The notes under the pieces were generated by a model. The model made no database searches. It had not been told where the DNA came from and was given only the letters and a program-made list of their open reading frames with translations. Below are positions 52,226-64,000 of a stretch of 64,000 nt of DNA, piece by piece. The stretch comes from Octopus sinensis. Taxonomy: Eukaryota. Location of the stretch: contig NC_043001.1 of assembly GCF_006345805.1 (NCBI RefSeq), forward strand, positions 85,870,001 to 85,934,000, given 5' to 3'. Position numbers and translations under genes: made by a program. Numbering within the stretch: the stretch's first letter is position 1; each line of letters opens with the position of its first letter.

Positions 52226-52296
<71 letters not shown>

Positions 52297-52315
52297 TATT
52301 ATTATTATCATTATT

Positions 52316-52864
52316 CAGTGAGAGAGCAGTTCATGCCATCAAAGTGACACTGGGGTAAAATATACGAAGCCCAATATACCCATCATGACTACCCGCCTGA
52401 TAAGGGTACACCAGGCACATGCATCACAACCATATGTGCGCGACATGGTGATCTCATATCAATATAAACAGCACATGACCTTGCAGGTGGGGCCCAGTTA
52501 GATTATTCTTCAGGTTGAGTAGCCCATCCCGCTCAAAAGGTCCCTGAATAAGGGTTGTTTAAGGATGTTGAACAAACCACCCATCTTTCCAAAGATGGAT
52601 TATCCAAACCTCCAAGAATTCCCCTCAACACACGGCTACGATGCTCCCCCACTGCTTCCGCTCGTGATCAGAGATGCACATATCGTCAGCTACTAAGGGT
52701 CAACTGGTTAAGGTCAAACAACTGACAAGCAAATCTGTGGTTTTGAGCAGAATATTTGCTATAGCCCATCTTTTATACCAAGACAAAACAATGTACATGA
52801 TAACACTTCCAATCAGTTAAGATCAGTAGCCATGAGAGTCACTGCCTGGTACAGTATCAGGGCA
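52316..52864 (-). mobile_element. ~555-bp (AAT)n-flanked element, copy 3
   Basis: Reverse complement of 1172-1726. Confidence 0.85.
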
Positions 52865-52877
52865 TTTATTATTATTA

Positions 52878-52915
<38 letters not shown>

Positions 52916-52967
52916 TATTATTTATTATTATTATTTATTTATTTATTTATTTATTTTTATTTATTTA

Positions 52968-53177
52968 TCTTGGTGCCTGATTTCATGTAGTTTCTATAAT
53001 GTAATTATTGAGAATTAGTTTATGTAATATTTTGTCTACTTTGAGCTAGGAGCTGGGTATTATTCTTATCTCAGGTTATGTAATTTTGTGCTTATCGAAA
53101 CTATAGAGTACAGCCACTAACCTCATGATAATGTCTGTAATTTGAAAAAGTAAAAATCTACACTTATTTCTTAACCA
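52968..53177. repeat. ~210-bp interspersed repeat, copy 2
   Basis: Homologous to 47879-48089. Confidence 0.8.
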
Positions 53178-53193
53178 GTAAGGAATATGGTCT

Positions 53194-53351
53194 ACTGGTT
53201 AAGGTCAAACAACTGACAAGTAAATCTGTGGTATTGAGCAGAATATTTGCTGTAGCCCATCTTTTATACCAAGACAAAACAATGTACATGATAATACTTC
53301 CAATCAATTAAGATCAGAAGGCATGAGAGCCAGTCTGTTACTGCATCAGGG

Positions 53352-53352
<1 letters not shown>
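53194..53352 (-). mobile_element. (AAT)n-flanked element, partial copy 4
   Basis: Matches the first ~160 bp of 1172-1726. Confidence 0.8.
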
Positions 53353-53401
<49 letters not shown>

Positions 53402-53957
53402 GAGTGAGAGAGCAGTTCATGCCATCAAAGTGACACTGGGGTAAAATATACGAAGCCCAATATACCCATCATGACTACTCGTCTGATAAAGGTACACCAG
53501 GCACATGCATCACAACCGTATGTGCGCGACATGGTGATCTCATATCAAGATAAACAACACATGACCTTGCAGGTGGGGCCCAGTTAGAATTTTCTTCAGG
53601 TTGAGTAGCCCATCCCGCTCAAACGGTCCCTGAATAAGGGTTGCTTAAGGATGTTGAAAGAACCACCCATGTTTCCAGAGGTGAACTATTCAAACCCCAA
53701 AGAATCCCTCTCAACACATGGCTATGATGCTCCCCCACTACTTTTGCTCGTGATCAGAGATGCACATATCGTCAGCCACTAAGGGACATGCTCAACTGGT
53801 TAAGGTCAAACAACTGACAAGCAAATCTGTGGTATTGAGCAGAATATTTGCTGTAGCCCATCTTTTATACCAAGACAAAACAATGTACATGATAACACTT
53901 CCAATCAGTTAAGATCAGAAGCCATGAGGCCAACTGCCTGGTCACTGCATCAGGGCA
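53402..53957 (-). mobile_element. ~555-bp (AAT)n-flanked element, copy 5
   Basis: Reverse complement of 1172-1726. Confidence 0.85.
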
Positions 53958-54002
53958 TTTTATTATTATAGATTATTATTATGATTATTATTATTATATT
54001 AA

Positions 54003-54044
<42 letters not shown>

Positions 54045-54058
54045 CATTATTATTATTA

Positions 54059-54099
<41 letters not shown>

Positions 54100-54100
<1 letters not shown>

Positions 54101-54480
54101 AAGGTGGTGAGCTGGCAGAAACGTTAGCACACCGGGCGAAATGCTGAGCGGTGTTTCGTCTGCCATTACGTTCTGAGTTCAAATTCCACCGAGGTCGACT
54201 TTGCCTTTCGTCTTTCGGGTTCGATAAATTAAGCTCCAGTTACGCACCTGAGGTCGATATAATCGACTTAATCGGTTTGTCTGTCCTTGTTTGTCCTCTC
54301 TGTGTTTAGCCCTTTCTTGGTAGTAAAGAAATAGGTATTTCGTTAGTTCCGAGTTCAAATTCCGCTGAGGTCGACTTTCCTTTTCATCCGTTGAGGGTCG
54401 ATCAAATAAGCACCAGTTGAACACCGGGGGTCAATGTACTCTTCTAATTCCCACCGCACCCCCAAGCTACCCTCGTGAAT
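54100..54480 (+). mobile_element. MetaSINE-like SINE with duplicated core
   Basis: ggtggtgagctggcagaaacgttagc head followed by two gagttcaaattcc..gaggtcgacttt cores. Confidence 0.8.
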
Positions 54481-54578
54481 AAATATGAAATAATAATAAA
54501 AAGATTAATAATAATAATAATTATTATTATTATTGTTATTATTATTATTGTTGTTGTTGTTGTTGTTGTTGTTGCTGT

Positions 54579-54628
<50 letters not shown>

Positions 54629-55239
54629 TTGTTGTTGTTGGAGTTGGTGCTATTAGTGATGGTAGTTTTGTTATCATTTCAGTGTACTTAATATAATTCC
54701 GACCACGCCGACTTCCCCTCCTTCATCAGCCCCTTCCCACCCCACCCCACCCACACACCGCCCCCCACCGACTCTCTATCATCGCCATTCCTCTCGACAA
54801 TAATTATGTTCTGAAAGTTTCCAGTGGTTTATTATGTTGTGTTGTTATATTTATGTTGTTTGTACTAAGTGGAGGCTTGTACATACACGTCTATGAATGT
54901 GGATTTATATGTGGGCGTACGCGTATCTATGTATGCGTACCTTTCTGCGCGTATGTGTTTAAGTGTATGTTTGCTTACAAATACGTATGTAATGTTCATG
55001 TGTGTGTGTGGATTAATTATGTGTGCGTGTATATGTGCGTCCGTGTATTTATCTTGCTGTGTGTGCTGCAGTGTGTGGGAAGTGAGTGGAGGGAAATGTT
55101 TAAATGCATCTAAAAAGTCAAATCTAAATACATACAATTCTGGTGACTGTTAAATGGAGTCTATTCAATTTTTGCTCAGCCAAACAATATATAACCATTA
55201 GTTACAGTAGCAGGGTGCACAGGGGAGGTTGATGAGGTA

Positions 55240-55254
55240 TGCATTGTGGGTGAC

Positions 55255-55300
<46 letters not shown>

Positions 55301-55771
55301 GGGATGATGGTGGTGGTGGTGGTGGTGGTGGTGGTGGTGGTGGTGGTGAAGTTGGTGATGATCATGATCGTGATCGTTGTGACGGTGATAATGATGATGA
55401 TGACGACGACGACAATGTTGGTGATGACGACGGAGATGGAGGTTGTGGTAATGATGGTGGTGATAATGATGACGATGTAGATGATGCTGGAGATTAATAT
55501 GACGAGTGTAACACTGCCACCGCCACGGACGACGACGATGATGATGATGATGATGGCGACGACGACGATGATGACCATGATGATGACGTAGGTGGTGTTG
55601 TTGATGTGTATCATGATGATGATGATGATGACGGCAACGACGATGCTGATGAAGATGATGACATGATGATGATGGTATGATGCTGATGATAATGGAAGAT
55701 TGTAGAGACTACGAGGGAAAAAAGAAGGTAAAGAAAAAGATACAGATGTAAAAAGATGCAAAAGGACGAGG

Positions 55772-55804
<33 letters not shown>

Positions 55805-55810
55805 AAGAAG

Positions 55811-55840
<30 letters not shown>
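55240..55840. repeat. (GAT)/(GGT)/(GAC)/(GAA) compound microsatellite
   Basis: Directly visible. Confidence 0.9.
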
Positions 55841-55841
<1 letters not shown>

Positions 55842-56411
55842 GAAGATGTGGTGGTGGAGGAAAGGATACAAAATAAAAGAAATGAAGTGTGGAGGTACGA
55901 AAATGACAAAAAAAGTAAAAAAGAAAGAAAAAGGTTTACAGAAAGAGAAAAAGGAAGAATGAAGATAATGGCGAATCTTCGTAGCTTCCGGTGAAATATT
56001 GAAGTCAAAACCTTGTGAAAGAATATATAAATAAATAAAAGATTAAAAAATCCTTTAATATGGCGGAGGAATCAATAAGACATGATGGAATGGAATTGGG
56101 TTCTTGCGTGTTTGGGGAATAATTTTTAAAAAGCGAAGCTGAGTGATGCTTTAGAATTCTATATGTTGATTGGAGGTGGGGCAACCATGGGTGGCGTTGT
56201 TTGGAATGGTGTAAGCTTAGGTTTTGTTGTTGTTGCTGTTGTTGTGGGAGGGAAGGTGTTGGTGGTATTGCAGGTGTCTTTGATCGGTGTGGGTCTGTTG
56301 AATTCGCTGTATTGTGATGTATGAAGGGAATTTTCAGGTAGCTTTCAGTAGAAAACCACATGTGATGATGCCAATATCATAATTCTGCGGCAATGCACAT
56401 GCAATCTTAGA

Positions 56412-56564
<153 letters not shown>

Positions 56565-56569
56565 GTATG

Positions 56570-56604
<35 letters not shown>

Positions 56605-56631
56605 GTATATATGTATATATATATATATATC

Positions 56632-56697
<66 letters not shown>

Positions 56698-56903
56698 TGT
56701 ACATACATACATACATGTCTTCTCATATAGATTTTACACATCATATACTGGCTTTTCTGCTATATTATGTGAACATCAGCAACATTTTCGTGAACACACA
56801 CGTATATCTACGCCTGTAAGTGAGCGCTATGTTCTATGTGTTATCTAAGGACATTTGTATGGTTTTCTATAAACTTGCATAAAGGCCCTTGATAAATATA
56901 CAC

Positions 56904-56951
<48 letters not shown>

Positions 56952-56970
56952 GAAAGGAAGATATATATAT

Positions 56971-57061
<91 letters not shown>

Positions 57062-57562
57062 TATATTTGTTCCAGTCAGTAGACTGCTACCACGCTGGGG
57101 CACCCCCTTGAAATATTTTTATTCGGATAAAAGGACAAAATTTATTGATTTAACCAGAATAGTATTGACAGTGACTTCGAAGTTTCAGCCACATAAGCAA
57201 CTATCCGATTACTTTAGATAATCTTTGATGAGATAAAATTTTACTGGCGTTTTAGGGAATCAGTTGTGTGCAGAGTGGATTGTGATGTTGAAACGATGTG
57301 AAGAAACTTTTATTGATGAAATTTGCGGTTATGCAATTGTTCACAATTTATTCATGTGTCTCTCAAACTTTATACACAGGTATGTTTATTTAAGTATGTC
57401 ATCTTCAGGTCATAGTATTGTTTTCTAGTGTTTCACAATGAAGTCAGTGACGTAGAAGTTTCCATTTTATTACCGTCATCAGCGAGCCTAATGACGACGA
57501 CCAAGCAGCCACTGCGAAAACTTTGTTCGTAATAATTAACGCACACACACACACACATACAC

Positions 57563-57626
<64 letters not shown>

Positions 57627-58617
57627 TTTGTTCTTTTATTCCTTTACTTGTTTTTCATTTGACTGCGACCATGCTGGAGAATGAGTGAATGGATGAATGA
57701 ATGAATGAATGGAGCTATATGTCAGCAACACAGGGTGGGCCAATTTTTTTGCTTGACATCGGTTACGTATAGGGACCTGGAATTTTATTTATTATTAGTT
57801 AAGCTGCAATGTTGTTAAGGTAAGCACTTCATCCAAATGTGTGATCATCGCCAAAGAACCGATACTCCCCGGCTCAGGTTTGAGCCTGTAGATCGCCAGT
57901 ATTTAGGTGTATGGAATCTGTTCGAAAGGAATTTTCTCTGAAAACAACTTCATACTATCACAGATTGTACAGTATGTTATATGGATGGGGATTTTAATGA
58001 TTGGAACTTTTCAACTAGCCATTGTCTGCAAGTTAGTAATTAATTGAAGTTTGGTGGGATTTTGTTGTCGATGCACCTGTTATTGGAGTACGCTCTAATC
58101 TATGATACGTTGTTTTCCAGACGAATTTAGACAAGGATGGAGAAATTTTCCACCTCTCTCGATCGAAACTTTTGAAAATTTGAAAGGAATGAGCTACTGG
58201 AATTTTGATGCTGTATATTTTCGGATGTAAGATCTTATATGGAGAAAGTACTACCCATTTATTCTTTCTTTTGTGTACCGAATTTTGGAATACAATTTTC
58301 AGGAAACTTCCACGTATAGGCGTAGGTGTGGCTGTGTGGTAAGTAGTTTGTTTACCAACCACATGGTTCCGGGTTCAGTCCCACTGCGCGGCACCTTGGG
58401 CAAGTGTCTTCTACTATAGCCTCGGGTCGACCAAAGCCTTGTAAGTGGATTTGGTAGGTGGAAACTGAAAGAATCCCGTCGTATATATGTATATATATAT
58501 ATAGAGAGAGAAATTCGGGGTGAGTACTTGATAATTATAAGCACCTGTGTATACCGTTTGGTGGTGTAGGTGGTGGAGTAAATTGATCAAAATAAAAAAC
58601 ATGATGCGAAGGATTCA

Positions 58618-58695
58618 GCGGTACATATGTTTCGGGCCTTTATTAGACAAATTTATAACAATGCATAATGTATGTCTGTGGCCTTCTTCAGCCGC
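58618..58695 (-). ncRNA. Type I hammerhead ribozyme motif (mirror arm)
   Basis: GCGG-CUGAAGA-AGGCC...GGCCC-GAAAC-AUAU-GUA^CCGC with a fully Watson-Crick stem I. Confidence 0.78.
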
Positions 58696-58864
58696 GCACA
58701 ACAGCTTCCACAAGGACATGTGTTACATCAAAAATTCTTGGTTGGGGATGCAAATCCTCAATTCGCGTACGACATGCCGCATTATGTCGTACGCGAATGA
58801 GAGGATTTGCATCCCCAACCAAGAATTTTTGATGTAACACATGTCCTTGTGGAAGCTGTTGTGC

Positions 58865-58942
58865 GCGGCTGAAGAAGGCCACAGACATACATTATGCTTT
58901 GTTATAAATTTGTCTAATAAAGGCCCGAAACATATGTACTGC
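58865..58942 (+). ncRNA. Type I hammerhead ribozyme motif
   Basis: GCGG-CUGAAGA-AGGCC...AGACA...UGUCU...GGCCC-GAAAC-AUAU-GUA^CUGC; predicted cleavage between 58938 and 58939. Confidence 0.75.
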
Positions 58943-58976
58943 TGAATCCTTCGCATCATGTTTTTTATTTTGATCA

Positions 58977-59012
<36 letters not shown>

Positions 59013-60446
59013 TTGTGTGTCTGTGTTTGTCCCCTCAACATCGCTTGACAACCGATGATGGTGTATTTACGTCACCGTAACTTAGCGGTTCGGCAAAAGA
59101 GACCGATAGAATAAGTACTGGGCTTACAAAGAATAAGTCCTTTAGCTCGACTAAAGGCGGTGCTCTATCATGGCGACAGTCAAATGACTGAAACAAGTAA
59201 AAGAGTATGTATTGTAGAATTTCGTTCTCGCCAGCGTTCTTCTATAAACAGACGTATTCCAAGGAGTTAAGATCTCTAATTTCGAGGACTTACTTAATGT
59301 TTTTTGTATTCTCTCCAGTTGGTAGTTAAGGCGTGAGCTCCGAGGCAATCATAACTGTGAGCAACTACCGAACACTGTTCAAAACAAATGATTTCCACAA
59401 TATAAATATAACTGTATAGTCACATGATAAATATTCTCAGTACTCATAACTGAAGTCTCGAAAAGTTATATATTTGGTTTATTATTCTATTTGTGGTTCT
59501 TTCATTTTTATATAAAGATAGAATGCTTTACACTCTTATGAATCGTTAATATCATTTCTTTTGTGCTTTTAATTTTCCTAATAGTTTGCTAGTAACTATC
59601 TGGAAATTTAATGAAACCAGTCATATATATATATGTGTGTGTGTATGTGTGTGTGTGGTGTGTGTGTGTGTGTGTATGTATGTGTGTGTTGCGTATGTAT
59701 GTAGTTATGTGTGTATATGTCATTGTGTTTGTGTGGTGTTTGTCTCCCACCAGTGCTTGGCAACCGGTGCTAATTTGTCTATGTCCCTGTCACTTAACGG
59801 TTCGGTGAAAGAGGCCGATGGAATACGTACCATACTTAAAATTAAAGACAGGGGTCGATTTGCTTCCTAAACAATCTAAGGCGGTGCCCTAACATACCCG
59901 CAATTCAATGAGTGAAATAAGTAAAAGATAAAAATAAAATATACTTGAAATTAGCAAATAAAATTAGAAAATGGTTTCATAAGGAATAAGTGCCTTACGA
60001 TCCGAGTTCTAATCCCGCCAAGGTTAGTTTTGCCTCTCACCTTATCGGGGTCCATAAAATAAAGTACTAGTCAAGTACTTGGGTTCAGAGAATCGTGTAA
60101 TCCCTCCTCTTAAAACTGCTAGAATAAGAAACCATTATGGAACACATCTTTGTTGTATTTTTGTTATCATTATATATCACCCTTAATTCATATTAAAAAA
60201 AATTTGAAGCATATGGTTGTCTCATTAGAAGAGCTGTTTGCTAGTTACGTCAAAGAGTTTAAACAGAGGTATCACAATGACAGATACGAACATTTGTAAA
60301 CATTCTAAGTCTTCTACGTGAACAAGATGTTCTTCCCTTTGAAGTCTGCCCGTGGGACTCAAATTCTTATCTCCTGTAGACAAGATTGTTGTTGTATGTC
60401 TACAATAGATGTGTGTTCGAGAGCAGACTATCTAAACATTTTTTAA

Positions 60447-60845
60447 GGCGGCGAGCTGGCAGAATCGTTAGCTCGCCGTGCGGCAGGCATAGCGGTATTT
60501 CGTCTGCCGTTACGTTCTGAGTTCAAATTCCGCCGAGGTCGACTTTGCCTTTCATCCTTTCGGGGTCGATAAATTAAGTACCAGTTACGCACTGGAGTCG
60601 ATATAATCGACTTAATCCGTTTGTCTATCCTTGTTTGTCCTCTCTCTGTTTAGCCTCTTGTGGGTAGTAAAGAAATAGGTATTTCGTCTGTCTTTACGTT
60701 CTGAGTTCAAATTCCGCCGAGGTCCACATTGCCTTCATCCTTTCGGGATCAATAAATTAAGTACCAGTTGCATACTGGGATCGATGTAATCGACTGGCCC
60801 CCACCCTAAAAATTTCGGGTCTTGTGCCTAGAGTAGAAAAGAATA
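60447..60845 (+). mobile_element. Near-intact MetaSINE-like SINE with duplicated core
   Basis: ggcggcgagctggcagaatcgttagc head and two ttctgagttcaaattccgccgaggtc...gcct(t)tcatcctttcggg..ataaattaagtaccag units. Confidence 0.85.
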
Positions 60846-61859
60846 TGTTCTTCCCTTTATTTTATTGATTTCCTGTTCTTAAATTAAAAATATATTCATT
60901 TTCACTTTTTATAGTATGGAGCTACTTTGTCTTAATATCCGCTGATAAGCAATTATTGGTAAAGATTATTTTACAATTCAATCTTAAATATATTCATTGC
61001 TATAATATAGACATTAACAATTGATTCTTGAGAATACATGTTCTTATTTTTAAAAGAAATCAAATGAAATCAATAAGTATTGTATATTGAAAAAATATCC
61101 AAATTCTTCTTCAGATACTTATTGAAAGAACAAAAGTATTCTGTAATTAATTTGACATGCTAAAATACAATATCATCGAATTTTGTAAATGTTGCTAATA
61201 TTATGATAAGGAATCAGACATTCCATGCATATTTCGATGGTTAAAATTTCCCTTGCTCACCAAACCGGTTAATATTTTCTCAATTTAATACTCATTACAG
61301 GCGTCGGTGCATCTCTGTGGATATAGGATTTGGAGTGCAGGGTTGTTTACAGATAACGTGGAGAAGTATTTAGGTTGAATCTTCATGAAATCAAGAGATG
61401 TTATATGTATTAAGATTTATGTAATTACGTGAGATCTAGAAACTATTTAAGAGTCTTCGGTGTGAATTTGTGTATTGTATCTACAGGATAAGTATTATTG
61501 TATTCTAAGGAATGGATGTGTACAGTTAAGGTTAATTTAAAGGATCAACAAATTGTTGTTTGCTTGCTTCTTTCATTGCGGGTGGACCCCTTTGGAGCTC
61601 CTTAGTATAATTGATGGATATAGCCTCAATGTGCCCACTAGATTACAAAGTCTATTTCCATAACTGCTGTGGATTATGTATATCATATACAGCTGCATTT
61701 CGTTAATGAATAATATAAATTAGATTTAAAATATCAATAAATATTTCACATTATATTTTCATTAATAATTATCAAAGATATTCATAAATGGAAATATCCC
61801 ATTTATAATCATTTGCTTATTCATTTTACTTTCAGTATATGTGCTTTCAACACAAGAAC

Positions 61860-62920
61860 TAGGGTATCTTTTAACATCATGAGAATGCTTTATACGTGAA
61901 GCTGGATTAAGCGTGTTCATTCAGAGAATTAAATCAAAATGTTTTGAAGCTTCACATAACGTGGTACTTCATCATATACCGATAAGAAATCAGAAAAGAA
62001 AAAGAAATATCACATAGAATAGGTAAAGTTTTTATCAAGCCTTGTACTCTCAAAATGTGGAAAATGCGTTGGCAACTGGATTAGAGAAAAGAAATTTGCA
62101 GTAACATCACTTTCAACCAGTTCAAAGGACGATCAAGGACTTGGCCATTGAAAACAAGAATCAAGTTGTGCAGAAGATCAAATCGGCAGCGTTCATGAAT
62201 TGATATATGTGGCATTGTGCTACAAGTTTCTGGTATTTGCAACATATATGTTCCTCAGTTTCACTTAAAGTGAAGTTTCTCTTTTGTTTCCTACAGAGAA
62301 ATATCCCAGATATTTTGGTAAAGCATTCATCTTCCAAGGAATCAGAAAATATTTCGTGCGATAAAGTATGTGGTCGCTGAACAGATAATATTGGGAACAA
62401 AATTCAGACTTAAAATGCACATAATAAAAAATAAGCTCTAAAAATGAAAGTTATTCATTACATGACCTGTCATCAGTTACTGGTCACAGAAACACATCCA
62501 GTACCATGCAGAAAGGGGTTTATTTTTAATGTATAAAACAATTCAAATTCTGGATTTTTTTGAAAAGCAAAGCTCTTAACTTGCGCCTTTTTTGTGCTGT
62601 TATGTATTGACAAGAGTACAAATCATCTTTTGCTTGAAATCAGGTCATCCGTTGCACAAATGTTTTGTGGCTTTCGAGAAGAAATGTACTGAATGGATTT
62701 GAGCTTGGGGATGAGCTGAAAAAAAAGTTTACCTTTTGGTAGATATTATTCAGCAACTGGATAAACTTTGTTTAGATGGAATAAAAGTATACAACAGCAT
62801 GAAATTCATTAGTTTGTTGAAAGCATTTATGAGCAAAATAGAAATCTGGATGATAAAGGACAGTGTAAAAAACGTTGCAATGCTTGAGAAAATCTCATAA
62901 ATTTTTGATGCGGGTAGTGA
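61860..62920 (+). pseudogene. Degenerate hAT (Buster/Charlie-like) transposase
   Basis: Frame-broken motifs in the expected order: RIGKVFIKPC (cf. TIGETLIKPC), VQRTIKDLA...QVVQKIKS, TCHQ (cf. HCVIH), KAKALNLRLF, WLSR. Confidence 0.7.
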
Positions 62921-63237
62921 AATTTTGTAGTATTTGACAGTCCACGGATATAAATCCTACCGATATGTTCTTGAATTAAGTTATGAGAATTTGGATTTAG
63001 AATGAAATCTATTTAAGTTCTGATAAATGTGAAGAATAATTTCTGGTGATGAAACTAATTTAGAAAGACTATTATATGTTCGATGTAAAATCGATTACGC
63101 ATAGTTGGCTATTGACGTGCGATTTCCAGCCATGAGTTACAGATAGAACGTCATGTACGTTTTGTACCTATTTCAGTCAGCAATCATCTGAGCCAAGCAT
63201 TTTTTTCAAACCTGTTATAAAAGTCAGAGTCCAAGCA

Positions 63238-63399
63238 TAGATATGTGGTTAGGAAGCTGCCATTGCAGCCTCATTGTTTCGAGTCCAATCCAGCTGCACA
63301 GTACACAGGGCAAGTGTTTTCTCCTATAGAATCAGGCGACTAATTTCTGGTGGCTGCACATTTAATAGACGGAGACAGTGAGGAAGACCGTCGTATATG

Positions 63400-63459
<60 letters not shown>

Positions 63460-63475
63460 CACATGTGTATGGTGT

Positions 63476-63507
<32 letters not shown>

Positions 63508-63620
63508 TCGTCTTTGGCAAGCAAGTGTTGGTTTGTTCATGTTTCCGTAACGTAGTGGTTCGGCAAACGACACCGATAGAATAAGTACTAGACTTAAAAT
63601 AAGTACTGTAGCCAGTTGTT
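63238..63620 (+). mobile_element. Diverged bipartite SINE
   Basis: gggcaagtg core, gaagaccgtcgtatatg, (TG)n and ccgatagaataagtact. Confidence 0.6.
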
Positions 63621-63821
63621 CGATTAAACAACTCCACTGTTTTGTTTATTGAAGTTTGCTTTAACAACTTTAATCTGTAAACAAATTAATTGCGGATAGA
63701 AAGCTATTTCATTTATCCAAGATTCGAAATCAGCCAATGGTTTTTATTATATTTAATTTTGTAAAATTTTGTTACAGTAAAAGTAATTCAATAATATATA
63801 TACATACATACATACCCACAT

Positions 63822-63878
<57 letters not shown>

Positions 63879-63887
63879 CACACATAT

Positions 63888-63937
<50 letters not shown>

Positions 63938-64000
63938 CAACATACATATATATATATATATATATATACATATATATACATATATATACATATATATATA

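Larger units (their letters stand above)
58511..58978. mobile_element. Near-perfect 397-bp palindrome plus ~70-bp unpaired extension, Penelope-like inverted terminal-repeat structure
   Basis: Arms 58582-58775 and 58784-58978, 8-nt loop, about three differences between arms. Confidence 0.9.
58319..59205 (+). mobile_element. Bipartite SINE split by a palindromic insertion in its central (TA)n
   Basis: 5' half at 58319-58500 and 3' half at 58979-59205. Confidence 0.85.

Noticed and set aside
57445-57488. Minus-strand CTGATGA..GAAAC..GTC hammerhead-like motif
   Set aside because: The core boxes are present, but stem II has only 2 weak pairs and stem I does not pair; at best a decayed relic.

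Overview
AT-rich, microsatellite-dense animal genomic DNA, most likely from an octopod cephalopod. This is an inference from an S-crystallin-type gene and the repeat landscape. The only supportable host gene is the 5' half of a minus-strand S-crystallin / sigma-class glutathione S-transferase: a probable non-coding exon 1 ending at 6516, coding exon 6262-6414 and coding exon 198-293; the rest lies beyond the left edge. The other ~57 kb is repeat-dominated. It holds dozens of tRNA-derived SINE copies, a frameshifted RTE LINE, a restriction-like-endonuclease LINE 3' end, Penelope-like (GIY-YIG) remnants, mariner and hAT remnants, MITEs, a probable non-autonomous Helitron, and long simple repeats that account for most ORFs in the supplied track. 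The most interesting signal is a set of short asymmetric palindromic insertions (24.5, 29.2, 50.8 and 58.5 kb). Three are flanked by 12-13 bp direct repeats, and two carry recognisable minimal type I hammerhead ribozyme motifs in both arms. The 24.5 kb element also has a tRNA-like head, suggesting a SINE mobilised by Penelope-like elements. All calls were made by eye without database searches; TE family names and many repeat boundaries are approximate.
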